The notes below the pieces were generated by a model, which saw nothing but the letters and a program-made list of their open reading frames with translations, was not told the DNA's origin and searched no databases. Of a stretch of DNA of 64,000 nt, positions 14,501 to 27,900 are shown in pieces. The DNA lies in assembly GCF_001194135.2 (NCBI RefSeq), contig NC_068988.1, forward strand, positions 96,191,024 through 96,255,023, read 5' to 3'. The translations under genes were made by a program, and so were the position numbers. The first letter of the stretch is position 1; every line of letters begins with the position of its first letter. The DNA comes from Octopus bimaculoides. Taxonomy: Eukaryota.

Positions 14501-17500
14501 CAAACAAACGAACCTAAGTATTGGGTTTGATTTATTTGATTAAAAACCCTTCCAGGCAGTAATCCAAAAGATGATTAGGAAAACCAGGAATGTAATTATG
14601 ATAGGAAAAAGTCATATAAAATTGTTATTAGGTTAATATTTACCTTCTTAGATTCAAGTCTTAATTTTTGGAGTTTTGTTGCAACATCATATTGAATTTT
14701 GGAGTAGTTGTTTGTACGAACCCCTAATTCAGCCCCCAATTTTAGGAAATTGTCAAAAGAACCTATTGAAAGAGAAAAAAAAAACAAAAAAACAAAACAA
14801 AAAGAAGTTCAGAATAATTTTGTATTAAAAAAAAACCCCAAAAAAAACCCAGTTAGATTCACCTCAACATTTAAATTTGCCAAAATATTTTCGTCGCTTT
14901 GAGACCGCAACCTATTCACTGATAAGAAAACTTTTTTGTTAAAGTAAAACTATAAAAACAATATTTATTGTGGCTAAATCAGTAAAATATGATTAAATAT
15001 TGATATCTGGCTTCTTCACTTATCAGGAAACTAATTTCCTATCAATAAGCAATAACCAATTAGAATTAAATTTTCAACATATAGGCACAGGAGTGGCTGT
15101 GTGGTAAGTAGCTTGCTTACCAACCACATGGTTCCAGGTTCAGTCCCACTGTGTGGCACCTTGGGCATGTGTCTTCTACTATAGCCTTGGGCTGACCAAA
15201 GCCTTGCAAGTGGATTTGGTAAACGGCGGCGCTGGCATCGGCCATGTTCGGATGGTGCTTTTTACGTGCCACTGGCACGGGGATCACAACTACAATTTCC
15301 ATTTGATTTTGGTTTTGATGTACTTGACTCAATAGGTCTCCTCAAGCACAGCATGTCACCCTATGATCTAATGTACTTCTGAGTGGGCTGAGGCTGGTTA
15401 TGCGACACTGGTGTAGGTCACAGCTGTGGACTCACTTTATTTGCCGGGTCTTCTCAGTCACAGCATACCTCGAGAGGTCTCTGTCTTTCATCATTTCCTC
15501 TGTGAGGCCCAACGTTCGAAGGTCATGCTTCACTACCTCATCCCATGTCTTCCTAGGTCTCCCTCTACCCTGGATTCCTTCCACTGTTTGGGAGTGGCAC
15601 TTCNNNNNNNNNNCCTCATCCCATGTCTTCCTAGGTCTCCCTCTACCCTGGATTCCTTCCACTGTTTGGGAGTGGCACTTCTTCACACAGCTCTTCTCAT
15701 CCATCCATAGTACATGACCATACCAATGCAAAAAGCAACTATAATATAGAACACTACAAAATGAAAATGAAACAACAACAAAAAAAGATGTTAAGGGCCT
15801 TTTGCTTTTGATTCTGAAAGACTTCATAAAGATCAAAGCAATCCTATTGACTTTAATTTTAAAGATTAGTTTTCCTTACCAGGGTTGAAAATAAAATCTT
15901 TGTGAATTTTTTCTGGTTCCAATTTCTTCTCTTCTGGTTTCTTTAATGAGACTGAAGATTCCATTTGATCTTTATCCTATAATAATAAGGGTTCCTTTAT
16001 TATCCACAAAGGGGTTTACATTAAGGATAGCACAGGACAAAACACTGAGTGTGCATGCATGTGCGTATATGTGTGTGCGCATGTGTGTGTGTTGTGGGGA
16101 TTTTGTGTGTAAACAGGTTGAACAAAATAAAAAAAAAGTAGTAATAAAATTTTAACAATGAATATTCCTCAAAAGAGATTTGAGGGTTGCTCATGGAAAA
16201 ACCCTGGGTGCCCTGACTTCTGGGGAAGGTGTCATTTCTCAGTTCTTTATCTCTGGTTTTAATACTAATAATAATCCTTTCTATTATAGGCAGAATCAGC
16301 AGCCCACCAGATGAAATGTTTAGCAGCCAATTTAGCCCAAATTCTGATGGGGTTGGTTTTACTTTTTATCCTCTTAGGGTTAATGGAATAAGAACCAGTT
16401 GAGCATTGGAGTCGATGTAAGCAACTTATCCCTAAAATTTCTGGCCTTGTGCCAGAGTTTGAAACCATTATACAAGTGATGGAAGATCAGGAATTCTATA
16501 ATATCAGAATAACTGTCATGTCTGACGTTGCTCACTTCTAAATCCTTCTGTATTCAAAATTTAAATTCGAAGCAACATCAAATTTGCCTTTCACTTTGGA
16601 AGGATTAATAAAATAACCTAAAGATATTTACTGAGACTGATTATAACACCTTTTGCCTGCAATTAACCATTTACTTACACAATTGTCTCTTACAAATTAT
16701 TATCCAGGTACCAATAAAAGAATCATTACTTTTTCAACATTCCTCATATGCAAAATCTTTCTTTACCTCAACTTTTCTCTGTGTTTTTTCCAAACTTTTC
16801 GTTTCTTCTTCTTCCTCCTTTTTCTTTCTTCGAATGCTTCTATTTGCAAAAATAAAAAAAAAGCAAACCTTCAACATATCTTTAATACAGTTTCCCTATT
16901 CAGCAAACAGATTACGTAACAAGTTTAACTAAATGGAACACATCATCATCATTGTCGTCATCGTTTAACGTCTGCTTTCCATGCTGGCATGGGTTGGACG
17001 GTTTGACTGAGGACTGGCGAGCTAGGAGGCTGCACCAGGCTCCAATCTGATCTGGCAGTGTTTCTACAGCTGGATGCCCTTCCTAATGCCAACCACTCCG
17101 AGAGTGTAGTGGGTGCTTTTTATGTGCCACCGGCATAGGAGTCAATAAGGCAGGCCTGGCAACGATCACATTCGGATAGTGCTTTTTATGTGCCACTGGC
17201 ACAGGGAACCAGTCAGGCAGCACTGACATCAGCCACAACTACAATTTCCATGTTTCACTGCCGTGTAGCATGGCAGTACTCTCACACATGCATCACACAG
17301 TCCACCTTTCACTCTGAGTGAGAGGCCCTTTGTCACCAGGAGGGGATAGGAGCTTTCTGAACTTTGCCCAGGCTATTATTAACTTCATATGGAGAGGAAT
17401 CAGTTATGACCTTTTCCAGGGCCACAAGATGAGTGGGAAAAAGAGAAGAGGTTATTGTCAGAGTAAAGGCCTGGTATAAAAACTTGCAACAGAATAAACT

Positions 17501-18884
17501 CTGCTAGAGGTACCCAAGGGCCCCGGGGGTGGAGGTTAAACCAGATGACTGGTTTAGTCCATCACTCACTGTCATCAGTCACTCTTTTTATTTGACTAAA
17601 AATATAATCAATGACTTACCGTTTGAGATTGTTGACATGAGAGTCTTTGTAGACCTTTGATTGTGTTGATTGTCCATCTTCTCCAGAAGGTGGTTGCTTC
17701 AGCTTGAGAGGCTGAAATTGCGATGGAGTTGGGCTGCTTTTTTCACTCTCTTCCTTCAGTTTCTCTAATTCCTTTTGCTGAAACTTTATAAAGTTTTTCT
17801 TTTTATTTTCATTTTTCTCCAGAAGTCTTTGCTTAAAGCCAGCAATGAGTTCAGGTGGTATCAGCTGACAAGACAAATGAGAGCTGAGCATCTCTGATTT
17901 ATCTTTGGGGATTTTTAGTAATGGCATGGGGGAAGGTTCTGCTGGTTCTTCCACATCAGAAGAATCAATCAGAAATTTAAAAGTCTGTTTAGGAAATTGC
18001 ATTGTGTTGATATTAGTTGCATTGTGATAATTCACAAATTGGCTGCTGCCAGAATTTGCAGATTTGTGGGAGGAAGAAACTTTGTTGTTCATTTCCACAG
18101 TTTCTGGCCTCACTTGAGGAACACATAAATAAGGTTCTGGAATTTTAAAAATATTGGGTTGTTTCTTTGTAAGACAAAGCAAAGGCATTCTGGCAGGGTT
18201 CTCTGGCTTTGATTGTTGCATCTCCTGCTTATTAACTGCAGAAGGTTCTGTTACCGAATTAAGTTGCGGCAATGACAACAAGGGGGGAGATTCAGAGATG
18301 ACATTGCCAAGATTAAATAAATGGTAGTTCTGATGCGAACCTTCGTTGGTTACACTACCCGTCGTTACATCAGTTACTCTCCTGTTATCATTAACAATCT
18401 GTTGGTGCTGGTAATTTTCTGAAGGATCAATCCTTTGATAGTAGTTCTCATTATTCAAAGGTTTTGAAATTAAAGTTGAAGAACTTTCTTTTCTAGTCTG
18501 AGATATTTCTTGAAGATTTTCCAATTCCTTTAAGACTCCTCTAATATTTCCAGCTGAGCTTTTTGGAGGTTTTAGGGTTCTTAGTCTGAAGGATGAGGTA
18601 GAATCTGGTGCTCTGATATCAACTTGTGTCTTTTTAGAAGATATTGTCACAGGTGGTCTTTGATTCTCAGACTCTGAATCCGAACTAAAACTATCCTCAG
18701 CCACACTGGTACCAGCTGGAATCTTATTTGTGCTGTCTGCTCTCTTGTTTCTTTTGTTCTTTACCTTTTTATGAGGTAACAAGGCAGCTATAACAGACTG
18801 GAATTGGTCATTTTGAGCCTAAAAAATAAAAAAAATACAAAAACCAAAACATTAAAAATGGCAAGGCATTAATAAACTGTAATA

Positions 18885-18917
<33 letters not shown>

Positions 18918-21900
18918 AATGAATTTTTGTTGCAACAATTTTAGTTACATATTAGTTTTGTGTAACTAAATACACAACATTTGAAATAAAAGAAACATTT
19001 CTGAGGGTGAGATTGAGGGGGGAAGGGGGAGTGATGTGACTCTTAGTAAGCTGTGGATCATCAACTTACTAATTAAAGACACAAACAGAATGTTTTAAAT
19101 TAAATTGAAATGCAAACTAAAGAGCTCAGTAAATAAAAATCTAAAGTAAATGAATCCTCAGTTTTGAAGAGGAGCCCTCCGGTGGCTCAATCTACTGAGC
19201 CACCTACTCATTGTATTAATATGTGAGGTGACTGAGTACTACACAAACTCAAGGACCCTAAATGTGTACATTAATTTACCTAAACTAAATCTATTGTTGT
19301 TGTTGTTATTAATTTTCAGAAGTCTGGTGCAGGCTTCTGCCTGGCTGGCTCTTGTGAAACCGGTCCACCCATGCCAACATAGAAGGTGGATGTTAAATCA
19401 TGATGATAAGAAGAAGCTGATGGACTTAGTTCTGATTAAAAAAGTGATAATCATTGGTGATGGCCATGCTGAGACTCCATACTCTAGGCTCAGCTCCTGT
19501 CAATCCAACCAACCCATGCCAGCATTGAAAACAAGGTTATGATGAGATTTTCCAAGAATGTTATACAAATTTGACAGATATTACAAATGGAATACATTAA
19601 ATCAAAAATCATATTTGATTTTTACATACTTTTTACGGATTGAATGCATTTGTAGATTTTTGAAGGAGTTGAGGAGAGTAAGACAGTCTAGGATGTATTT
19701 CTTTAACAGCACCAACTGGAATGGTAGCCTTTTCTTTCTGATGTTATAGAATAATGAATTTCATTGCTTCAGATTAACCCATTTAGAGAACAATGCTGCT
19801 TTCAAAATTTAATGAATGCTTCTTAAAAATAAGAAACTAGGCAATATGTTTGTCTATGATGTGTACTCGTTAGCAATATGAATCTGAACAACTAGAAAAG
19901 AGGTGAAAGGGAGAAAATAAAGAGAACGACTTGCTTACATCGATCAGCTTTTGGATTTCCAGTTGGATAACATCCATCACATCCTGTTTTACATTTTGCT
20001 GGACTTCAGAAATGATACTTTCTTTGTTGAGTTCTTGTCTTTTAGATTTGGTTTGGTTACCTAAAGAAGAATGTGTTTCTGATAAAACACTATTTTTGGT
20101 ATTGCATACTGTTGATTGTGAAGTCTGAAGAGGTTTCTGGTTTGAAGAAACGTCTACATCATCCAAACTGTCTGCTGTAAATGATGATGTAACAGAGACA
20201 CTGAGGGGATCACTGTGGCTTCTGGAAAATAAAACGAAACTTCATTTAATAAAATGTTTCCAATTTTCAATCTGCTGTTCCTGAAGAGAAACTGCAGAAA
20301 CTGGTGAAAAATAAACAGAATATGATTTGATATTGAAGATATTAAGCACGTGAATAATAGAACGGTGAGCTTCAGAGTAATGAAATTAGTCTCAATAATG
20401 GAAAAGTAAAACTTCATTTTCATTTTCTACATTATTCTACACATGTGGCAAATAATAAACAAAATGGCTTTGCCTGTATGCTACACGACAGGGTTTGAAC
20501 TCTTAATCTTGCAATCAGTAGATTAGCAGAACCAGGAGTGCATCAGAAAAGAACTTATTGCAATGTAAGTTCAAATCTTTCTGAAAACAATTTTATCTTT
20601 TATTCTTTCTGAGACTGATAAACTAAGTACCACCCAAATATTGGAGTTGATTTAATCAAGTTTATCTGCGCCCCCTCCCCCACTCCCCACTTGCCAGAAC
20701 CTAATCTACTTCAGATAGTTGCTTAATTTACAACATTGGCTGTAGGACTTTGAAAGAATTGACTCACTCTTGGGGCTGTTGAATCTCAGAAACTGCTGAG
20801 ACATTGCTGAGTTCTGTGGCAAAACTCCTTTCATTGATACTGAAAAATATGCAAATAAAATTATATATAATAAAACAAAAGTTTGCACATCAGCACCATT
20901 TTATATGCAATCATAGAAAGGAAAATCTTGAATTAAATAGTTTTACATTAGTTTAGAATTGACTGAAAATATTTATATTGAAACCACCATCATTTCGTAG
21001 AACTTACAGTAAATTTCTTCAAGCAAAACCATCACGTAAAAACAAAACCAAATATTATGCTAAGATAATGAGGGCTAGTAAGAGGTAAAGGTGGGGAGCA
21101 GAATAGATTTCTGCTGGAGCACCGTTCAAGCATGGGTCGATGCCAGTGCCGCCTGACTGGCTCCCCATGTTGGAGGCACATAAAATACACCATCTGAACA
21201 TGGCCGATGCCAGTCCCCAACAACTGGCTCCTGTGCCGGTGACACATAAAAAGCACCATCCAAGCATGGTCGATGCCAGTGCCGCCTGACTGGCTCCCAN
21301 NNNNNNNNNNNNNNNNNNNNNNNNNNNNNNNNNNNNNNNNNNNNNNNNNNNNNNNNNNNNNNNNNNNNNNNNNNNNNNNNNNNNNNNNNNNNNNNNNNNN
21401 NGGGTCGATGCCAGTGCCGCCTGACTGGCTCCCCATGTTGGAGGCACATAAAATACACCATCTGAACATGGCCGATGCCAGTCCCCAACAACTGGCTCCT
21501 GTGCCGGTGACACATAAAAAGCACCATCCAAGCATGGTCGATGCCAGTGCCGCCTGACTGGCTCCCATGCAGGTGGCACATAAAAAGCACCGACTACACT
21601 CTCAGAGTGGTTGGCATTAGGAAGGGCATCCAGTCGTAGAGACCTAGCTAAATCAGATTGGAGCCTGGTGCAGCCTCCTGGCTTGCCAGTCCCCAGTCAA
21701 ACCGTCCAACCCATGCCAGAATGGAAAACGGATGCTAAACAATGATGATGATGAATGGGACAATGATTAAATTTTCAGGTATTAAACATGAGTAGTTTAC
21801 TCAGTGGTTATGAGTCAGTCAACCAGTGTATACCCTGGTTCAAATCCAAGTGGAATAAGCTGGTGGCATCACAATTAGGGGAATAACTAAAAGGAAATCA

Positions 21901-24900
21901 CCCTTGGTCTGACAACAGAATGGGAACACTCTACGCTTACGGATTTAATAAAGAGAGCCAGTGAGGCGGCACTGGCAATGACCACGCTTGAATGGTGCTT
22001 TTTCTGTGTCACTAGCATGGGATCAGTCAGATGGCACTGGCACTGACCATATTCGTACGGCGCATTTTACGCGCCACCGGCACGGATGCCAGTCCGCTGG
22101 GACTGACATTGCCATGCTCGAATGGTGCTTTTTATGTACCATTCAGGTGGTGCTGGCATCAGCCATGACAATGATTTCATTTGACTCAACAGGTCTTCTC
22201 AAGCACAGTATATTGCCCAATGATTGAAGGGTACTCTTAAATGGGCTGGTTATGTGACACTGACATCCACCCCTGCTACTGACTTGGTTACCTAGGTAAC
22301 GGAAGCTATCAACTACTTCTAGTTTTTCCCCCTGGCATGTGACGGAAGCTGTTTTCTGCATATTTTTTTTTCCCTAATGGCCCTGTCAACTACATTGTTC
22401 CACCACCACGTTACCTTAGGTCAAGAGGGGACTTTGCACCATCCACAGATCTGGTCAGTAGCCTTAACAGGTTGTCCCATAGGAACCTCCAGTTGTCTTC
22501 CACATTATGTGATGCTATGTCCTCCTCTTTTTTGTCAAAAGCTTCGAGTAATATGTCTCTAAATCTCTGTCCATTCACAGGAAATTTGTAAACATTACTA
22601 AATTTACTACAACTTGATTAAGTTTTTCGATTCACCAGAGGTAATTATAATGTTTGGATTAGTTACTAGCGTCTAAAGTGTTTTTCAGTAAACAGATTTT
22701 CGCATACCTTAAACTCCTCTTCTCCTAACAAGCTGCCCCCTCGGGTTTCATAGCCTTGCAAGCTGCATGGCGACCTCACTAGTGTCAGTGGCATGAAAAA
22801 AGCATTCAGCACATACTGTAAAGTGACTGCCATTAGTAAGGGCATCCAGCCATAGAAACCCTGGAGTACAATGCAGTGTTTGAGCCTAGTGAAGTCAGTT
22901 AAACCATCCAACCCATGCCAGCTTGGAACATGGACACTAAATGATGATGATGATGATGATGTTCGGTAGTCACAGCTGCAAACGCAAAGTTACTAATTAA
23001 GTCAGTAAGGGAATTTTCACATGGTCATTCAACCTGCAAAAAATAGCAGCCAAATTTCTCTCTCTTTAGCTTAACCAGGAGGAAGGACTCACAACCTGTT
23101 GTCTTGAAAGAATAAGCATACACGCTGGAGAATTAGTTCATCTTTGATCAGAGCTAATCAAAGACTAAATAACAACAATAACAACAATAATTACTAATTT
23201 ACTCACGTGTAGAGAACGTATTCGTATGCTTGATTCACTTCTTCCTGTTCTTCTTCTTCTTCCTCTTCCATGTTTTTAAACTTGAGAGGTTTCATCGTTT
23301 CCAAAGAGTTCCTCACAATTTTCTTTTTTTGCTTTTTCTTTTTTTTCTTAGTTTTGCTTGATGACAAAGATTGAATTTCATGTTCATTACTGGCTTCAAT
23401 TCCATTCTCTGAACTTCTCAACCATTTTCTAAATTCTTCTTTATCAAATGAAAGAGCTGGAGGAAGCGAAGGCTCTTTGTCTTTTGACAGAGATGAAGAA
23501 TCACTCTTTTTCTTTCTTTTCTTCTTTTCTAAGTGACTTCTGGAACTCTGAGAAGTCAGTTTCTTGGAGGTTTCTTTTAGACTGGAAGTGAACTGGACTG
23601 AATGGTTACCTGTAGTTGTATTGGTTAAAGGATAGTACTTCTGTTCCAAAAGCCACAAAGCAAGAACCAGCAACTGAGGCTGGACAATGGCATGCATGGC
23701 AGAATCTCCATCTTTTTGTTCCTCTTCGAGTTGAGAAATGAGAACTTGGTTCTTTTTAGCCCACATAATCAACCAATCAACCAACTGGTTCAGTTTCAAA
23801 TATTGAGAACCAAAATCAATATCAAATGACCACAGAATATTTTGTTTGTCAGAAATATTATCCAAAGATTTTGATCTGTTACTCCGTGGCATCGTCATTT
23901 CTCTACATCTGTCCTGCCTCACTTTAGCTTGGCTCCACAACTGTCTTCTCTCAATTGCAGTCATTTGACTAACAGGACTCGTAGTCGAGTAGTGATACGA
24001 AGCATCGGCTGAATGGCTTCGGTTAAAAAGACCTTTGATTTTTTTAGGAGTTTGTTGATTAACTGAACCAAAACTTGGGTCCAATATATTACTGGAATCT
24101 TTGAAATTGGTCGCTTCTTTGCATGGTTTTGATAAAATAAGCAGACTCTGTTTAGGATGTCGACCTGTCATTGTTCGAAATGGCATAGATTCCATTTGCA
24201 TGGCTGCAATTTCTTCCGTGAATACGTCAAGCAATGGGTAGACTGACTTTGGCTGTGATCTCGCTTCTTCCAGGAGTTTTGAAAAGGAAATGTCATAAAA
24301 CATATCCAAGAACTTACCATATGATTCACATGTTTCAAATGGAAAAGAACCAACACTAATACTATGTTCTGTGGCAGTTTGGGAATCAAACATAAACTCA
24401 CAGTAATTTCCAAAGTAGTTCTTTTTTTTATCCATTGTCTTTTCCACAGAACTGCAATATTCTTGGAAGTAGACTGACAAAGACTTCTCAGATGAAGAAC
24501 TTCTTCTGATAATGCCACTTTTTTGCTTAATACTTTGGACCTTGATAACTGGAAATGTTTGCCATCGTTTCAACAAGATTTCCAGTTTTTCTTGAACTTC
24601 AGAATCAAGCTGTTCCGCATCATGACAGAAAATTGCCAGGATTTGAGCTGTATAAACTGAAGGTTCTAACTCTGATAAGACTGAGAGAAGAACTTTGTAC
24701 GACCATGCTTCATCAGCTAAATAATGGCTGAACGGAATAAAATGGACATTCCAGGTAAGACAAACTTCACACAAAGCACACCATTCTTCATCTTTTAATG
24801 TGGATGGTTTCTTAAAAAGTAAATAAAATGAATACAGAAAATTTTATTTAATATTTAGTAAACAAAAGAGAGTTTTTTTTTTTCTAAAAAATAAATTAGG

Positions 24901-27900
24901 GAAAAAAGTAATTTTAATATATTTAAAGAGAGATTAACATGTGTATTCTAGTTTTAGAGAAGGTAGATTCTGTTCCTGCAAGTTGTAAGAGGCAACTAAA
25001 AGGGTTGGCAACACAAAGGGCACCCAACCCAAGAACACAGACTCAGTAAAACCAGTCAACTGATGCCAGAAGGGAAAAGTGGACATGGTGTTGAAGATAA
25101 GGATGCTTAACCCTTTAGCATTTAAACCAGCCCCTATTTGGCCCAAATAGTCTCCCAGTTTTATGTTCAAACTGAACAGATCTGGCCTCTCACACCTACC
25201 CTACAATGCCATTCTAAAAATAAACTATCACATCATCAAAATCTCAAAGTAACATGTTAACATGAGATTAACTCAAAACAATTTGAATAAATAAACATTA
25301 CATTTAACAGTAATCTGAATGCAAAGGGGGTTAAAGGGAGAAACTTAGAGGGGTGGGGGTGGGGTATTAAATGTACTGTGGACTGACCAATAGAAGACAG
25401 GAAAAAAAGATGGAGGTGCAAGCAAAACTGGTCTGAGTTTACTTTGCAGCTCTGTGGTTTTAGGTTCAAGCCAGGTATGTGGCACTTTGGATAAATGTCT
25501 TCTACTATAAGATTTCGGTTGACCAAGCTCGTTATTGTTGTTGTTGTGTAGGAGACTTTATCCCTTGCCTGGTGCCTTTAATAGGGGTAATGTCTTCATT
25601 CTCTAAACCACTGGAGGATAAAGACATTACTGTCCTAGGCTGAAACTCTGTACACATCCATGTAGGCGTGGTTAAGTGACCACAGATTGTTTTGTAACCA
25701 TGTAGCTTTGTATTCCATTCCTTTCTAAATATCCGGAAGCTAATACAGGATGGGGATTATACATGGATAAACCAAAAATAGAATTACACAGAATAAATAA
25801 ATGGTCAGCCAACTCTGGGGAGATTTGGACTCAGAATGAAGCGAGCCAAACTTAAAATGTTTCTGTAAGGCATTTAGTTTAGCAATCTACCAGTGATGAT
25901 AATGAAATTAGTAAAAGTTAAGAACACTTACAATGCGCTGCCTTTCAATGTAAGATCTACGCAATCTGTTATGCAATGACAGCTGGTCACGGACATGTAG
26001 GAACCAGGTGAGTCCACAAAAGTTCCGAAATGAAGAGAATATTGGTAAAAATTTAGTATTAGTTGTAAATGATTGAAGATTAGATTTCACACTTCCCAGA
26101 TGCAAAAGTATATCTGGAAATTCTGTAATTGGACCATCAAATTCTTTCTATATAAAATGAAAATGGAAGAAAGAGAGAATATGGTTAAAAAAATTTCCAG
26201 CACTTTCTACAATGGTTACCTTTTTTTTTTCATAATTCAAAGTCATTCTAAGACAATCACATCATCAAAATCTCAAAGTAACATGTTAACACATGACTGA
26301 CTGGCTCCCATGCTGGTGGCATGTAAAAAGCACCCCTACACTCTCGGAGTGGTTGGCATTAGGAAGAGCATCCAGCTGTAGAAACCTTGCTAGATCAGAT
26401 TGAAGCCTGGTGCAGCCTCCTGGCTTGCCAGTCCTCTGTCAAACCGTCCAACCCATGCCAGCATGGAAAGCAGACGTTAAACAATGATGATGATGATGAT
26501 AATCTTCTGTCACTGATACTTCGTTTAAATTTTGAAATGTATCCAAGTAAAATAATTGTTTCAAGATGATTTAATTGAAGGAAGGATGTTTTCTTAGAAT
26601 ATCAGAAATGAACAACACTGCTTATATGACAGTGGCACTCATTTACAATTATCACACAAGGTCAAAACGAAGAGACACAAACAAACATAGCAAAAACACA
26701 CACACACACAACGGGCTTCTTTTAGTTTTTGTCTACCAATTCCATTCACAGGGTTTTGGTTGCTCTGGGACTATGGTAGAATACACTTGCTCAAGGTGCT
26801 ACGCAGGAGACTGAACCTGAAACCATGTGGTTGAGAAGCAAACTTCTTAACTACACAGCTACACCTGTCCTGCAACACTACTCCCCACCTCACCTGAGAG
26901 GTCTTGTCTAGCAAATTACCTGATGACCTCATTGGTGCAGGTACCACATAAAAAAGCACCCAGTTGACTCTGTTAAATGGTTGGCATTAGGAAGGACATC
27001 CAGCCATAGAAACCATGCCAAAGTAGACAGCAGAGCTTGGTACAGTCTTCTGATTTGTCCCTTCCTGCCGAACTGTCCAACCCATGCCAGCAGGGAAAAA
27101 AGATATTAAATGATGATGATGATGCAATACCCCCACCACACACACACACACACACACACACAAATGCATGACAGCTGCAACTGAAATTCGACTAATGTCA
27201 TGATCTGAAGCAGCACAGATGTGGCTTTTCAGTTCTGCTAGAGATCTCCCCTCTTTTGCACAGATGTGACAATGATGGGCACCTTTTGCAGCCAATGTCC
27301 ACAGAGTCATCACCCATGATGACACATACCTTCATTCCATCATGGAATTTGTCAACGAGGCTTTTGCCTTTGCTTTCAGCTATGGCCAGCCATATTAAGC
27401 AACACATAACTGAGAATCTTAAAAATCAAGCGTGTCATTACCTGAAGCATTCTCATGTCAAAGTAATTAAGAAATATAAAAATAATTTATAGGGTTAAAT
27501 GATAGGTGACTAAACTTACTCCAAATTTATTTGCAGATCTCTTGGAGACTGTCATCAGTTGCTGAATATACCATTGTGCCAATGGCAGAGACAATTTGGC
27601 TCCTTGAAGAACAATCAGTATAAGACGTATCAAAACTGAAGTCTTGTGTCTCAGTTCCTTCTCTTGGATTAAAGCAGCAGACTTTATTGCTGAACCATTC
27701 TAGGAAATAAATGAAAACAATTTTAAAAGAATATTTATGAGTAACTATGAAAGACAAAGGAAGAATAATTCATGAAAACCCTAAGTCTGAAAATAAATCA
27801 GAAATAATTAATACTACCATTACGAACAAAAATAATAACTTCCTTTTTATACATTAAGCAAGAGCACATGCTTTTGAAAAGATTAATTGAAAGCGCTCGC

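Noticed and set aside
15536-15681. Exact 68-bp duplication
   Set aside because: Flanks a 10-N gap; assembly artefact
21134-21567. Exact 166-bp direct duplication (21134-21299 / 21402-21567)
   Set aside because: Identical copies flank an N gap inside a tandem array; most likely an unmerged contig overlap
27198-27407. ORFs between CPLANE1 exons 16 and 17
   Set aside because: Exon 16 splices in frame directly to exon 17; the candidate acceptor gives an immediate stop
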